A stretch of DNA of 58,788 nucleotides, counting the filler, from Basidiobolus ranarum (Eukaryota): the NCBI GenBank assembly GCA_040143965.1. It is 8 parts of 8 records of this genome, joined end to end, with 100 filler letters (N's around TTAATTAATTAA, not from the genome) between each part and the next. Parts side by side here need not be neighbours in the genome. Positions count along the whole stretch, not along the records: positions 36,829 to 44,082 come from JASJQH010001153.1; positions 44,183 to 51,435 come from JASJQH010001154.1; positions 51,536 to 58,788 come from JASJQH010001155.1; 5 more parts are not named here. One strand, given 5' to 3'. Position 1 is the stretch's first letter; each line of letters opens with the position of its first letter. This document shows positions 38,407 to 51,536 of this stretch, piece after piece. The notes beneath the pieces are model-generated. The model was given only the letters and a program-made list of their open reading frames with translations, made no database searches and was not told where the DNA came from. The translations under genes were made by a program, and so were the position numbers.

Positions 38407-38779
38407 TGCTCTATGTTGAAGATGGATTGACATTCATTCTATACCCATCCCAGAATATAAATAGAAGTGAGCTTCATGAAATATGTATGGTTCATTTATA
38501 TTTGTGTAGATAGGCAAGTAGCGCAAGAAAAATTTGGTTAAGAAAAATAAGCATTTACATCAAAAATCATCACACCTGTACGACTCCAAAGAAACAACAT
38601 CATGATCGAAGCCAAACATCGGGCATCTTTGCAGGAACATGGAGAAAGCAAAAGAATGCTCGATAAAGAAGAAATCGACCACACTAGTAAGTCTCACAAT
38701 CAAGATGAAGCCGTAGGAGATATTAAAATACATGTTATAGAACATCAACTATACTGATGTAAAAATATGAACGATATAT

Positions 38780-39912
38780 TTAACAGCTTGGAACAATGGC
38801 CGACCACGAGTTGTGATCCACTGCTCTACCTGACGCGTCATGATAGAGAAGATCATCTGCTGTAAGTAGACCTATATTAGAATTATATATACAGTCTTTT
38901 GTAACATTCACAATCAAATAAAAAAATTACCATTAGAGTCATCCGATGTGACGTTATCAACCTCATCAAGTTTGGGGTGCTTCCGCGGCCTCCCAACAGG
39001 ACGCACGCATGACGATGACTTTGCCCTAAAATCGATCAGATACTCTTGGTACTCCTGGTACTCTGGCGTTTTCTTGTAGGATTCTAAAGCCTCCAAATAC
39101 TCTTGCTTAGCATTGGCAGCACTTTGATCAACAAGGTCCTTTTCCTCAGGGCTAAGCGATTTCCAACGATCGCCAACAACCTTAGCCATGTCAGTGAATG
39201 ACATATTCTGGTCTTTAAATTCTGTACGGATTTTGTTGGAAAACATAACATAGGCAGAAGGCGGTTTTTCTGGAGCATTTCTGTCTGGTTTAGGATGTCT
39301 TCTGTACCTTCTCTTGTTGCTATTGCTTTCAATAGACGGAGGTGAAGATTTAAGTGGAGCTATCGGAATCTTGGGATTTACGAAAAATATCTTTTGATTC
39401 CCCATGGAAGAGGTAGGTGTTAAATTCTTCGCTAAAAAATTGGACGTTCTGGGATCTGTATATGTTAAAAGCAGTCGTAAGGTTAGTCACATGATAAGAT
39501 GAATTGCTGGTAAAATGTACTGACCAGATCCAGTCAAATTCATGAACGGATTTTCGCTAGGTGAGATAGTGAGAGGGAAAGTGGTCGAGAGGGCAGAACC
39601 CTTAACAGCAACAATTTCGCGTTGAAGAAGCTAATTTGAGTCGAAAGAAACTCGATAAGATAAATTGTTAACTTTGTGGGAGTTTTTTTAAGCCACTAAC
39701 CCTGCGATGACCCCGTTTTACGTCCAGAGCAACCAGGTCTGGTTCGGTGATTTCAAGGAGCTATTATATTTGTATTCGAATAAGTATAGGATAAATACAT
39801 CAGCTTGGATATCGGTAATACTAACTGATCTCAACTGGTCAAATCCTTCAGCTAAGAAAGCATCCGTATATTGCTCCAAGCCACATTTCTTCAGGAATTC
39901 TTGAACTTCCAT
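38780..39912 (-). CDS. SAM-domain + HMG-box protein with C-terminal AT-hook-like motif, multi-exon
   Basis: Spliced N-terminus MEVQEFLKKCGLEQYTDAFLAEGFDQLRS-LLEITEPDLVALDVKRGHRR (SAM); KRRYRRHPKPDRNAPEKPPSAYVMFSN...VGDRWK (HMG box); PVGRPRK. Stop position inferred from a final exon. Confidence 0.8.
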
Positions 39913-40910
39913 ATCTTTATGAAGATAATTAGGAAAGGATTGGGCAAATGTCTCTTCAGTGATAAATACCTGTGTTAAGAAATATTGAAAGCTTGCTTGA
40001 TATCGTATTTAATGAAGTGCACTTCCAAAGTGGTATTGAGAATGAGTAAATAAAGCAGAAATTAATGGGAGAATTGGAGTCAACGAAAACCAGTAGATTA
40101 ATATGAAGCAAAGAGTTGAAAGATATTGGGCCACGGAATTATGGCAAAGCAATAATACTGAATACCGAATACTGAAAAATGGTATGGACAAGAATGAAGT
40201 CAGCTCTAGAGCAAGATGGTTTAAGCAAATCAGACGTATTTATAAATAGTGGCTTTAATTACAGATGGTTGAATGTAGATGAATAGGATCATTGTGATTT
40301 GATGGAATTCATTGCTCAAGTATTATTGGAGCAACCCGCGGAATCACGAATACTTAATTGGCTGCCATTGATTTCGTAGATAATAAGGATGTGGGTAATT
40401 TAAGCACACTTCACCAAAATCAGCATGCATATCATCAAAGCAAAGGAATCATTTGGCCAGCAACTGTAGACTTGTCAGGAGTACGATAATTGATTTGAAA
40501 CGAAATGAGAGTAAATAGGGAATGGGGCCCTTGGTATACACAGTGCGATTGGCCCATGTGATATTACAAATGATGCTGTTCCAAATCTAACAAGCAGTCA
40601 AATAGGAGTTTATCGCCAATATTCAACGAAGCTCGCGTGACTGTGTAGTGCACTCAGGCTTAATTGGCCGCTACTCGTGTTCCAATTAGGATGGTTTACT
40701 TGGCGCGTACAATGATAGATAATTGGAAGAGTGATTTAAATTGGTACGTTATATGGGAGTCATATGTAGTTTTACTGATGGCATTTTGGTTAAATTTGTT
40801 TGTAGCCGTGCGATCGCTTGCTACGATTCTTAATGGGATCAGATGTGATGCATATAGTATAATAGAATGGGCTGTGTAGGCTATCTAAATATGAATACAG
40901 AGAATGTGAG

Positions 40911-41399
40911 CTAACGATCCAGAGGTTGGTACTGTGAATCGGCGGAGTTCAATTTCCATATGGACCAATTCAATAGGGAGGCAAATGACACCCAAGCAAG
41001 ATAGGGTAGGAAAATGACTCCAGCTATGGTGTCAACTTTCCAGAAAGTAATCATGGTAGCGAGAATGAGGATCCAATGAATGCTGATATTAACCATAGCA
41101 AGGTCAATGCGTTTGAAATAAAAGAACAACGGTGACCACATGAAGTTGAACCCAAGCTGGATCCAATACAAGGTCAAGGCCGCCGTAGTTTCATCGTTGC
41201 TAGATTTCACACGATAAGAGGCATAACCCATTAGGATGTAGAGTGTAGTCCAAGCAGGAGCAAATAACCAGTTTGGAGGATTGAATGATGGCTTATTAAT
41301 GGTAGAGTACCAGCCCCGAACCGCTTCACGAGTTGGCAATGCCGATAAAAACCCACCAAGTACTGGAATGGCAACTGAAATTATCAAAGAAGAAGACAT
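40911..41399 (-). CDS. TSPO: TspO/MBR family tryptophan-rich sensory (translocator) protein
   Basis: WYSTINKPSFNPPNWLFAPAWTTLY, QLGFNFMWSPLFF, LPYLAWVSFASLLN; 162 aa, several hydrophobic segments. Confidence 0.93.
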   Translation of the reverse strand: MSSSLIISVAIPVLGGFLSALPTREAVRGWYSTINKPSFNPPNWLFAPAWTTLYILMGYASYRVKSSNDETTAALTLYWIQLGFNFMWSPLFFYFKRIDLAMVNISIHWILILATMITFWKVDTIAGVIFLPYLAWVSFASLLNWSIWKLNSADSQYQPLDR

Positions 41400-42098
41400 G
41401 TAGAAAAGATGCGGTATATAACCATGGTCTCATGTATTTATATATTAGAGCTATTTTCTAAATCTGGTCAAATGCATTCATTGATTATACGACGTCATCA
41501 TGGAGTCCAAGCAATCGTTACTTCCAAGGTAATCACCGATTTATGTTCCCTAGTCATCATCCGCTTTTGGACGCACTACAGTGAGGCTTCTTCGGATCAA
41601 TGGAGGAAATATTTGCAGATGAAAATGTGTACTATTATATATGTATATACATTGGTTGAAAATGTGTACCATATTACCATTGAAACTAAACGAAAACAAC
41701 ATTAAATGAAAACATTTGTACTGTAACAAAAATCGATTGAAGTAGCTTTATTCTGACAACTTCCAAAAATCATCATTTAAGCTACATTTTGAAAGCGACT
41801 GGGAAATCCTGGGTTAGTTATTTTCGGTATAAATGTGACAGCACTACAAAAAGAATATCAATGACTTTGCCATAAAAAACTTACTGATGTTGTGAGAATC
41901 CGAAATATAAGATCTAAAATGTCCGTAAATATGTAAAAATTTGAAGAAAGAAAATTGTCCGATTGCTAATGAAAATATCTAAGTTAAGAAAAGAAAAGTA
42001 GAGTCCTTATAATGTCCTGATAGAAAATTCGATAAATAAAAAAGTAAAAGTCCATGAAATAGAAAAAAATTCAATAAAAATAAATCCGCCAAAAAAAA

Positions 42099-42935
42099 TC
42101 ATTTACACTGCTTCTTAAAAGGTGGTACTACATTGACAAAATTAGGATCTTTGTCAATTAGCAGAGTCTGTAGCCATTTGACCTCCATTTCCAATTCCTT
42201 CACCTTTTTTTCAAGCGAGTTCGCTTTATCTGACATTTCCTTGGTTGTTTTTTCCAACGCCTCTTCGCGTAACTTCTTTTTAATTCTGAAGCGTGCTGAA
42301 GCTGCAGTGTTCCTACGTCTCTTATCCTCTTCATTTTCCAGCTTGGCTGCAAGTTTAGGGTCACTAGCAGCCGCAGTTAATAAAGCAACCCTGTTCGCTT
42401 CACGATCAGGATTAAACTTTCTTTTGGTAGTAGAGACTTGGGTGGCCGAAGCTATGTCCGTTTGTGGTATACCATTGGGTAATATCGGGGCATAACTCGC
42501 ATGGTTATTTTTCTGACCACAGGAGGATGGGAATACAGAGGTGGGTAGGGTCAACAATGACATTGGAATTGTACTTGTCTGAGGTGAATAGGGTGGAGAA
42601 TGGGTCAAACCGGGAGGCGACTCGGGACTAAGCGTCGAGGTGGAATCTGTAAAATATTGATACAACAAAGCTGAACTGTCTGGAAGAGCCGAGTTCACTA
42701 GATAATATAAAAGCAGTATTAGCAACGGGAGGTGACAAACGTAATGTCAGCATTATATACTTTGAACACAGTCGGCTGGATTCAAAATAGGGAAACCATC
42801 CATATTTAACTGTGGTAATCCGTTAAAACATAAGTCGGTAGAATCCCAGTGATACAGGTCGTTTTTGCTTTGCTCACTACTAAAGATTGAGACTTGGTCG
42901 GAGTTAATCCCGTTGAAATGGCAGTGTAAATCCAT
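42099..42935 (-). CDS. bZIP transcription factor, Cys-3/MetR/Zip1 type (2 exons)
   Basis: Basic region EEDKRRRNTAASARFRIKKK followed by a leucine zipper; probable first exon ~42760-42935 spliced to an exon starting ~42697. Confidence 0.85.
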
Positions 42936-44082
42936 GTGTTTGAAATGGTGAAGAAAAAATAATGTGAAAGATTTACTGAAACAAAAAAAGACGGATCGCT
43001 AATTGAGACTAGCTCGTCAAAAACGATGAAAGAGAAGGGGAAAGGTGTGTAGCCGATGATGGAGGGGTATTCCACCTTTTTATAATTCTAGCCATTAATA
43101 AAAGACTATATGGATTAATGTTAATCAATAAACTAAACTAACAATAACAAATTCCTTATTTAGAAGACCATACTTTAGATCACCATGGTCTCTTAACCCA
43201 TGTAGCCTCGCTACCCAAGTTGAACACCCACTTCATGAACTTTCGGAATGACCACGGTATCCGGATGTTGTTTGCGTCGATTGGTGGATTCGTTGATCTT
43301 GTGATCCGGAAAATAGAGATACATTTGGTTGGGTGTTGCACTGTGAACTGAAGATTATTACTCTGATGATCAAAAGTGGAACGATCAATTTTTTGCCATA
43401 GTTTATACCCCCAAATCCCCATTCGAGGTTAAACAACAATATGTCAAACCTGTTGGATCCAGCTTTACTTCCTACACAGGGTTCAAAAGGAATAAATTGG
43501 GGAGGGTCCTCAAACGTGCGGAATTTTCCCACCTCTCATTGGATTTTTAAGGAAACTTGGATATGGCGGGGAGAGCGGAGGGTAGAGGAGAAGGGGAAAG
43601 GTATTGGACGGGTCCATGTGGTTGTATTGGGTATGTTTAGTATATTGTATCTGTTAGTATTCACACCGGGAAGTGAGTGAGTCATCTCCAGTGACGTTAC
43701 ACTGGTTCTCAGATGCGAATGCAGAAAGCGCTCCTGAGTCCACGCATCCTACAGAAGTCATTATCTTACAATATTCCTGTATCATCCGAAGATAAAGTAT
43801 TTTTTCCTAGTTACCACGGCATCCACTCTTCCCCCCCCCCTGAATACTACAAAGCTCCTCCCTTTTTGGCAATCGTTGTCGAGTTCTTGCGCCATTAATT
43901 CACTACTAGTATTAACTTCTTGATCTGATACAGAAAGCGGGTAATACCATAGAGTAACTATAGCGCTGAGTAAACAAAACATTACCTACTAATTCGGCAA
44001 TAGTATCAGCAAGTGAGATAATCACCACAATAATTAGCCCATACATAGTTCTGTGATCATGTCTAGCTATTGTATCTGGGTT

Positions 44083-44182
44083 NNNNNNNNNNNNNNNNNN
44101 NNNNNNNNNNNNNNNNNNNNNNNNNNTTAATTAATTAANNNNNNNNNNNNNNNNNNNNNNNNNNNNNNNNNNNNNNNNNNNN
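44083..44182. other. Artificial contig linker
   Basis: N run with TTAATTAATTAA. Confidence 0.97.
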
Positions 44183-47080
44183 TGATTTGTTACAGGAGAA
44201 GAAATAGAGCCATAGGGACCACCAGAAGCTATCCTTGCCTTTCACAAGAAGCAGAGGAAAGCACTCTCTGAACTCTTTCTACATCCCAGAGACTCAACAT
44301 AGGCATTTTTTGGAGCTGTGAAACATCTAACAGGCTTCAATAATGGTGCCCCTGATAGGAAATTAATCATCTGCAAGTATTGCAAGAAACTAGGCCATTT
44401 AATCAAAGATTCCAGAAAAAGGATTTTTGCCAAAAAGCTAAAATTGGAACAAGTAAATCAGGTAAACAATAATAGGGATCATCTATTTGTGTCTCCCTAT
44501 CATTAACCATCAAAGAAGACTCAGAAACATGGTACATTGATACAGGAGCTTCCCAACATATGCCAAACAAGAAAGATTGGTTTTCCAGCTTAAAACCAAT
44601 CCAACTAAGGAACGTCTACTTACGTGATGATGATACACTAGATGCAGTTGTTAAGGGCATAGTTGTGCTCAATTTAGACCAAAACTCAGCTATACCATCT
44701 GCAAAATTGGATGATGAACCTATGTACCAACTATAGCCAAGAATCTACTGCCAGTAAGCCAAGCAATAACTCAAGGACTAAATTTTGTATTGAGCAAGGA
44801 TGGATGCACCATTACAGATCAGAATAATCCCAAAATAGCTACTGGTATCAAAACTCTTAACTTATACAAGCATGGTATCAACAAATTGCATTCTGACAAT
44901 TCAAACTTGGCAAAAACTGGTGTAATAAGCTGTCAAACATGGCATAGAAGCTTAGGCCACATTGGGGAACATAAACTGACCCAAATGATCCAAAATCAGC
45001 TTGTTTCAGGCTTGCAAATTGAAAATATCACTAAATTGCATCTGTGTGAAGGTTTCATATATGGAAAAGATCATAGAGAGTTGTTTTCAAGCTCTGGACC
45101 CATTAAATCCACTCTGGATTTTGCTCTGATTAAATTATGACCTATGTGGGCCAAGGAAAAATGTCTCACTAGGTGGGAAAAGGTACTTTATGACCTAAAT
45201 TGCTGACAAAACAAGATATACATGAGTATTCTTTCTCAAATCAAAATCTGAAGCCTTAGCTACATCCAAGCATGACAAAGAAATGGTAGAGAAAGAATTG
45301 GCACAAAAAATAGGGTACCAAGGAGTGATACTGGTGGAGAATACTACTCTAAAGACTTTACTAGTTTTTGTTCTAAACGTGGAATTAAGCAACAAACCAC
45401 TGTAACTCATACTCCACAGCAAAATGAAGTTGCATAATATGCTAATAGGACCATGTTTGAGATGGCAAGATCAATGGTACATGATAAAAAGTTAGATTAC
45501 CAATATTGGGCTGGATTAGTCTCCACTGCAGTCTATAACAAAAACAGATACCCTACAAGATTGCTACAAAATTCTACTCCATTTGAAGCCCTATATATAT
45601 CAAAACCAAGTGTGGATCATCTGAGGATCTTTGGTTGCACAGCATATTGCCTAATTCTAGCTCAACAATGCTCTAAAATAGAATCCAAAAGCCAAATATG
45701 CATATTTCTTGGTTACTGTGATGGATCTAAGGCCTATAGACTGTTTGATACTAAAAATTCAGAAGTTAATTAAGTGGAGAGATGTGATTTTTGATGAAAA
45801 CCCAGAAAACACAATCAGCACTATTCAGGAGGGGTTTGACAATATTACAGCTGTATCTGAGCTCTATTCAACCAAAGTTCCAGTCCCAATTACCTCAGAG
45901 GATGATTAAGCACCCAGAAGATCATCTCAAGGGAGAAATAGGACAGGAAACTGGTGGAACACTTCCACTGATGATGTATATGCTTATGCAGGATTCTGTG
46001 ACAAGGCACAGACTCTAGATCATGCTCTGGAGTGTCCAGAGCCAAAATTATGGGAAATAGCCATGTCAGATGAGTTTTCTTCACTTCAGGACAATAAAAC
46101 GTGCATTTTAAGTCCTCTACCATTATGGAGAAAGCCAATAGGTTGCAAAAGGGTCTACAATGTCAAATACTGAGCTGATGGAACCATAGAAAGGTACAAA
46201 GCAAGTTTAGTTATAGAGGGCTATTCCTAGACTCCAGGAGTTAATTTACTGAAGCATTTGCTGCAGTAGCTAAGTTTAGCTGTGTTAGATCAGTCCTGGC
46301 ATTCTCAGCCATCTATAACCTCAATCTACATCAAATGGATGTAAAAACAGCTTTTCTGACAGAAAACTAGAAGATAATATCTATATGGAACAACTGGATG
46401 GATTGGTTTACCCAAAACATCCTGACATGGTCAGTAAACTGCAAAAATCACTACATGGACTGAAGCATGCACCCAGGGCATGGTACAACAAGATGGATAC
46501 CTATTTGGAGTCATTAGAATTCCAAAAATGTGCAGCAGATCACAGTATTTACATCCAAACAACCAGAAATAGGATCCTTATCTAGACACTATATGTAGAT
46601 GATCATAGCCACAAATGATCTAGAAGCACTTAATCAGACAAAAAGCAGCCTAGCAAACCAGTTTCAGATGACTGCTATGGGTGAAATAAGTTATTTTCTT
46701 GGAATCCAAATCAAGAGAGATGAATTCAATCAGAAAATCATGCTCAAGCAGTTTTGATACATCCCAGATATTCCAAAATGTTTCAACATGGAGAATAGCA
46801 GGCCTGTATCAAGACTAATGGATTCCAATATGAAATTAATGAATATTCCATCTTATTTGGCCCAAAATGCCTTATATCAAAGCCAGGAACTTACTTATCA
46901 ATCTATGGTGGGTTGTTTAATATATACAATGATTGGAACACATCCAGACATTGCTATGGCAGTAGGAACTTTCAGCTAATATCTCAAAAATCCAGCATCT
47001 GAGTATGAAACTGCAGTAATACAGCTATTCAGGTATATCAAAGGAACTTAAGATCTAGTTCTAGAATACTCTGTCACTCT
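44183..47080 (+). mobile_element. Degenerate copia family A internal region (deleted gag, knuckle, protease, integrase, RT)
   Basis: CKYCKKLGH, WYIDTGAS, WHRSLGH, LHGLKHAPRAW, YVDD; colinear with the reverse complement of 8970-12460. Confidence 0.85.
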
Positions 47081-47084
47081 ATAT

Positions 47085-48263
47085 TATGCATATGTCCACA
47101 CAAATCTGAATGAATTAGATCCAATGTTTTGACAGATTTGATTAAACCAGAGCTCTCAAATAGTTGCCTGTCTTGTTTTCCACTTATACAACCTTGTCAT
47201 ATTTCCCTTTTGGATGGGGAGGTTGATTTGAATTCTTGAAATTAGGCAATCTTTGACCATTTTGCTCACATAATCAAGTTCTGTATGGCCCAATCTCTTA
47301 TGCCATAATTGTATAATTTCTTGATTTGAATAACTTATTCTTACATATAAACCTCTTGGATTATATGTAAGTTTGTATAATATTTGATCCTTTTCTCCGA
47401 AAGCTAACTAATTCCCATTTTGGTCAGTGATTGTGCATCCTGACTTATCAAGATTGAATTTTCAACCTACTGAGATGGCCATGCATACAGATTTTAAGTT
47501 CTGGGCAATATCTGGAACATGTAGTACATAGTTAAAAGTATTGACTTTCTCTTCAGAAGCTCCAGTTAAACTGACTTGAATTGTTCCCATTCCAATAACA
47601 TCCAATGTTCCTATCAAAGCATTTTCTCCATTTTTTGGTTGGATCCTGATTTGAGTATATGCAGAGTGTGCTAAGGAAGGTCCCAGGAGCTTGTGTGAAA
47701 AGTTTTGGACTTCTCAAACAAGTTTAAAAATCTATATATTTTAAAACTTTTAAGTTTGTAAAATTATTCTAAGAAACTCCACTTGAGAATAATGGATATT
47801 TACTTTGTAAAATTTAAGATAATCAAGTACTATCTATATAAAGCTATATAGGTGCTTAGGCAAGGCTAATTTCAGCACTCTCTCTCAACTAAATAGGCTT
47901 ATAAACTATTCCTAAGCAATGTCTAAATTTCTCAAGTTTCAGTCAAGCTAATGGTTTGGTTAATATATCAGCAAGCATGTCTTCTGTAAACCAAAAGTAA
48001 AGTCAACAAACTTACTTTCTGCAGTCTCTCTAATGAAGTAATGTCTAATATCTATATGTCTGCTTCTATTATGAAATGTTGGATTTTAGACAATTTGATA
48101 CAATGGTCATTTGCTTGAGATATTTAGTTGGAGAATCTTGAGAATAATTTACATCTGTTAAGTGTTTTCTTAACTATGTTACTTCTTTTGTTGCTTTACA
48201 GGCAGCAGCATATCCCGCTTCTATTGTTGAAAGTGCTACAGTAGGTTGTTTCTTTGAGTTCCA
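47085..48263 (-). mobile_element. Rearranged copia family E fragments (RNase H, 3' LTR starting at 47877, gag/protease/pre-integrase pieces)
   Basis: SKKQPTVALSTIEAGY; GAGAGAGAG tract, then an LTR matching 31776 onward; 47100-47610 matches 33085-33600. Confidence 0.75.
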
Positions 48264-49003
48264 CCCTGGTAGAAATTTGAGGATTGTTAATGTAGCAAAA
48301 CCATCACAGTTTAATCCATTCTGGATTGACTGTTTACTTAACATCATAAAATTGTCAAGTTAGATTTGATTTTAAGCAATTTTTTCAGTTTTGGTAGTGA
48401 AATATCAGGGTCATGCAAAATAGTAGCACATGATTATCTCAGTGAACTATGGATCAACACATGTGCAAAAATGTAATTCAAATTTTACATATTTACTACC
48501 TGAATGCTAATTTGTGACCTTGGAAATTCCTTGTTTCTTTGATATATTCTCACAAAAATTCTTATAGAGTTCTTCATACCCAAGGTTTAGCTCATATCCA
48601 ACACAAGTTTGTTTCAATATCTCCATCAAAGCCCACCATTGTATTAATATAGCCACATCAACATTCTTCCAGCTATCTGGTGGATACCCTGCAATATTGT
48701 GCCACCCTGTATTAAGTTCTTCCCAGATATCTGCATGGTCAACACCAGACTGAATGTCAAGTTGAATGATCTTCTTCTGCAGCCACTTTCCGCATACTTA
48801 CACTGCATTTTTCCCTTCATACTTTTGAAAAAACTCCTCAAGCACTTTGACTAACTTTACACATCCTTGTAGTGTGACACTACTGTATGTGCTTTCTGGT
48901 GCTTGCATGGCTTTTGCTTGCCTCTAAGTTTGGGGCTATAAACACTTTCAAAAGTACCAGTTTAGGTTGGAGATCCATGAGTTTTATTTGCTTGTATTTT
49001 GGC
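48264..49003 (-). mobile_element. Family D element, right end
   Basis: CCCTGGTAGAAATTTGAGG terminus; homologous to 30439-31159. Confidence 0.7.
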
Positions 49004-49989
49004 TTGCAGGGTGAAAAATGATGTACTGAATAGTGAATATATTGTGGCACATTCAAGTGTTGGGGTGTTGGGACCACAAGGACCAACACAAAGAGAGATA
49101 ATGTAAGGATGATCTAGGTGGAAATACGCTATGTGTGGGATGCCATGATTGGTTAGGTTTCATGGAATGTTCTAAAGAACAAGACTTCCATATAAGGTAG
49201 CCGGGATCAACTAACACAAGATTGCTATGAAAGGAAGGCACAGTAGATATGATGTCATAATCTAATAATAGAAGAGTTCTATTTGAAGTAGAGGAGTATG
49301 CTGAGATCAGAATCATGACAGTAGCCCCTCCTTTAGTGATGGCTTGAAGACATTACAGGGCCTGGTTTTACTAGGTAGTCTTCATGAAACTCTTGGCAAG
49401 GTTCCTTAGAGTGAGAAAGATTTGTTGCTAGCTCCCATGATTGGTCATTCTTTGAGTATCTCTTCCAATCCACTAAATATTGCAGTTTATGTCAATAATT
49501 CTAAAATGTAGAACTTTGCTAACTTCATATTCAGAGTGTTCTTCTACTTGGATTGCTGGGGATAGGTCAATCGATTGGCCCTGGAAGGTGTTTCTGGCAT
49601 GTGGCTCTAGCAGAGGCACATGGAATACATTGTGGACTTTGAAATAGGCTGGGAGTGGAAGGAGAAAGGCTACTGAATTGATTTGCTTAATAATATTAAA
49701 AGGCCCTAGTCTTTTGGGAACAAGTTTATCACAAGGTCTAGTGGTCTTGATATCATTTTGGAATAGCCATACATAATTGCTTGACTTGAGATCTGGGCTT
49801 AGCTTTCTTTTGTCATCAGCAAAGTTCTTGTATTGGGAATGAGCATGCTCCTACTTGGATATTAGTTATTTACGGATGTCCTTAAGGAAAGTGGCATGGT
49901 CTGAGGGAGCATGGTAAGGTAGATTGGTTGGTTGGTGAATTGTGAAACAAGGATGGAATCTGTAATCTGCAAAGAAAGGAGTTTTTTTT
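49004..49989 (-). mobile_element. Chromovirus (gypsy family C) 3' end: integrase C-terminus with chromodomain, PPT and partial 3' LTR (starts 49320)
   Basis: TPFFADYRFHP, LGPFNIIKQI...VHNVFHVPLL (GPY/F), EYEVSKVL...QYLVDWKRY...QSWE (chromodomain); AAAGGAGGGG tract before TGTCATGA. Confidence 0.85.
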
Positions 49990-51435
49990 CCCTACAAAAA
50001 ATAAAATCAATTTGTTCCGGATTGGATCCACCCTTCTGGATTGCAAAACCATGAGAGAACAGTCACAATATTGGTGGCTTTCATTCTGCCAGGGATTTTA
50101 ATGGTATGACAGCAGCTTCTTGGTGGTATCTTAATGATATTTATACATGTTAAAATATTGATCCTCATATTTGGCATGCATTAATGTATTTCTGGCAATT
50201 TTTGCAAAAATCTAATTTTCAATTGGCAAATTACTGGGTTTAGTGGTTTAGAATTTGAATTAATATACATGCCTTTATTCACATATTTTTGGCTTTGTGT
50301 TCCAGCCATAATGAGAATCAAAAAATACAAGAATCTTGTTGTGTTTAGTCTCTACATTGGCACACACTTGACTGATCAGACATAACTTGACAACATCAAT
50401 ATACTTTGCCAGCAAACTAATGGTGGAAAAATTGCTAAACTTCTGAAATTTTGAGTAGCACTGACACTTTTCAAATAGCTGACTCTTGTTACCGTTCACA
50501 ACAAGAATAAGCTCTTAGATTTTGATAAATTTCCATAAAGAATTCAGCTAATATATCCCCAACTTGCAGTCAACAAATGTCCTGCCACAACTTGATGTGT
50601 TATTGCTTCAATAGATTGTGCCTTGGTTAAAACAATAATACTGCATATCTTGATCAATCTCACCAATAAGTCTGTCTTGCAGCTTTCCTTGAAATACTGT
50701 CAAATAATCACACAAACAAATTAGTCCAAATTATAGAGGTACTCACTCTGTGTCCATGGATTGGGTTTTGTTGCTGTCATTGTGCTTAAACAATGCAAAA
50801 ATCTATGATCACACTCAAAAGAGCCCTTTGTTGAAAGGTTAATATACTCTGGAGTCTCCTTAGACCATCACATTTCATAGATCACAGATTTAGTGGACTT
50901 GTTCTCTGCAATAGTGCCAGATTGTGCTATATATATCATATTGGATAAAGTAAAAGAAAAGTGGCTAAAAAAGTACTCAAGGAGCAGGAAGTTAGTAAAC
51001 CAAAGGGAAAAGCAAAGGAGCCAGTGAGTTTAGGCTCTACTGTCCCACTTACCAAATTCTTCACACCATTACAAAGATCTGCATTTCCAGAGTCAGATAT
51101 ACTGGCAAAAAGCTTAATTTCATCATGAAACCAGGTACACCAGCTGAAAGAGTGCTAAACATGGAAGTTTATCTAAAACCTGGCATCTCTCAGCAAGCCA
51201 AAACACCAGGAAAAAAACTCCTGGCCCTCCAACCTCAACTGGTACTTTCCAAAGTGTTGGAATTAGCTCAAACTCAAAGGGAAGCAAAAAGCCACACAAA
51301 CACCACAAAGCACCTTCAGTAGTGTCACACTACAAGCATGTACAAAAATAGTCAAAGTGCATGAGGAGTATTTTCAAAAGTACAAAGGGATAACTGCAGT
51401 GCAAGTATGCAGAAAGTGGCTCCAGAAGAACAACA
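49990..51435 (+). mobile_element. Possible left end (CCCTACAAAAAAT at 49990) and internal part of a family D element
   Basis: Gypsy integrase stops abruptly at 49989; ~50960-51435 matches the D ORF. The link between the two parts is inferred. Confidence 0.45.
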
Positions 51436-51535
51436 NNNNNNNNNNNNNNNNNNNNNNNNNNNNNNNNNNNNNNNNNNNNTTAATTAATTAANNNNNNNNN
51501 NNNNNNNNNNNNNNNNNNNNNNNNNNNNNNNNNNN
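51436..51535. other. Artificial contig linker
   Basis: N run with TTAATTAATTAA. Confidence 0.97.
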
Positions 51536-51536
51536 T

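Noticed and set aside
38914..39405. HMG-box gene as a sexM/sexP-type mating locus
   Set aside because: It has an N-terminal SAM domain and an HMGB-like PxxPPSAY box. Its neighbours are ATP23 and TSPO, not the triose-phosphate transporter and RNA helicase genes of the Mucorales sex locus.
40911..41399. Intronless TSPO as a bacterial horizontal transfer
   Set aside because: TSPO is widespread in eukaryotes, its composition matches neighbouring genes, and short genes often lack introns. A phylogeny would be needed.
43180..43982. Short overlapping ORFs and a TGAGTCA (AP-1-like) motif upstream of the bZIP gene
   Set aside because: No recognisable domains, and a single 7-mer is expected by chance.
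36829..44082. ATP23-HMG-TSPO-bZIP as a functional gene cluster
   Set aside because: No shared pathway, regulatory motif or conservation evidence; it looks like ordinary gene-dense euchromatin.
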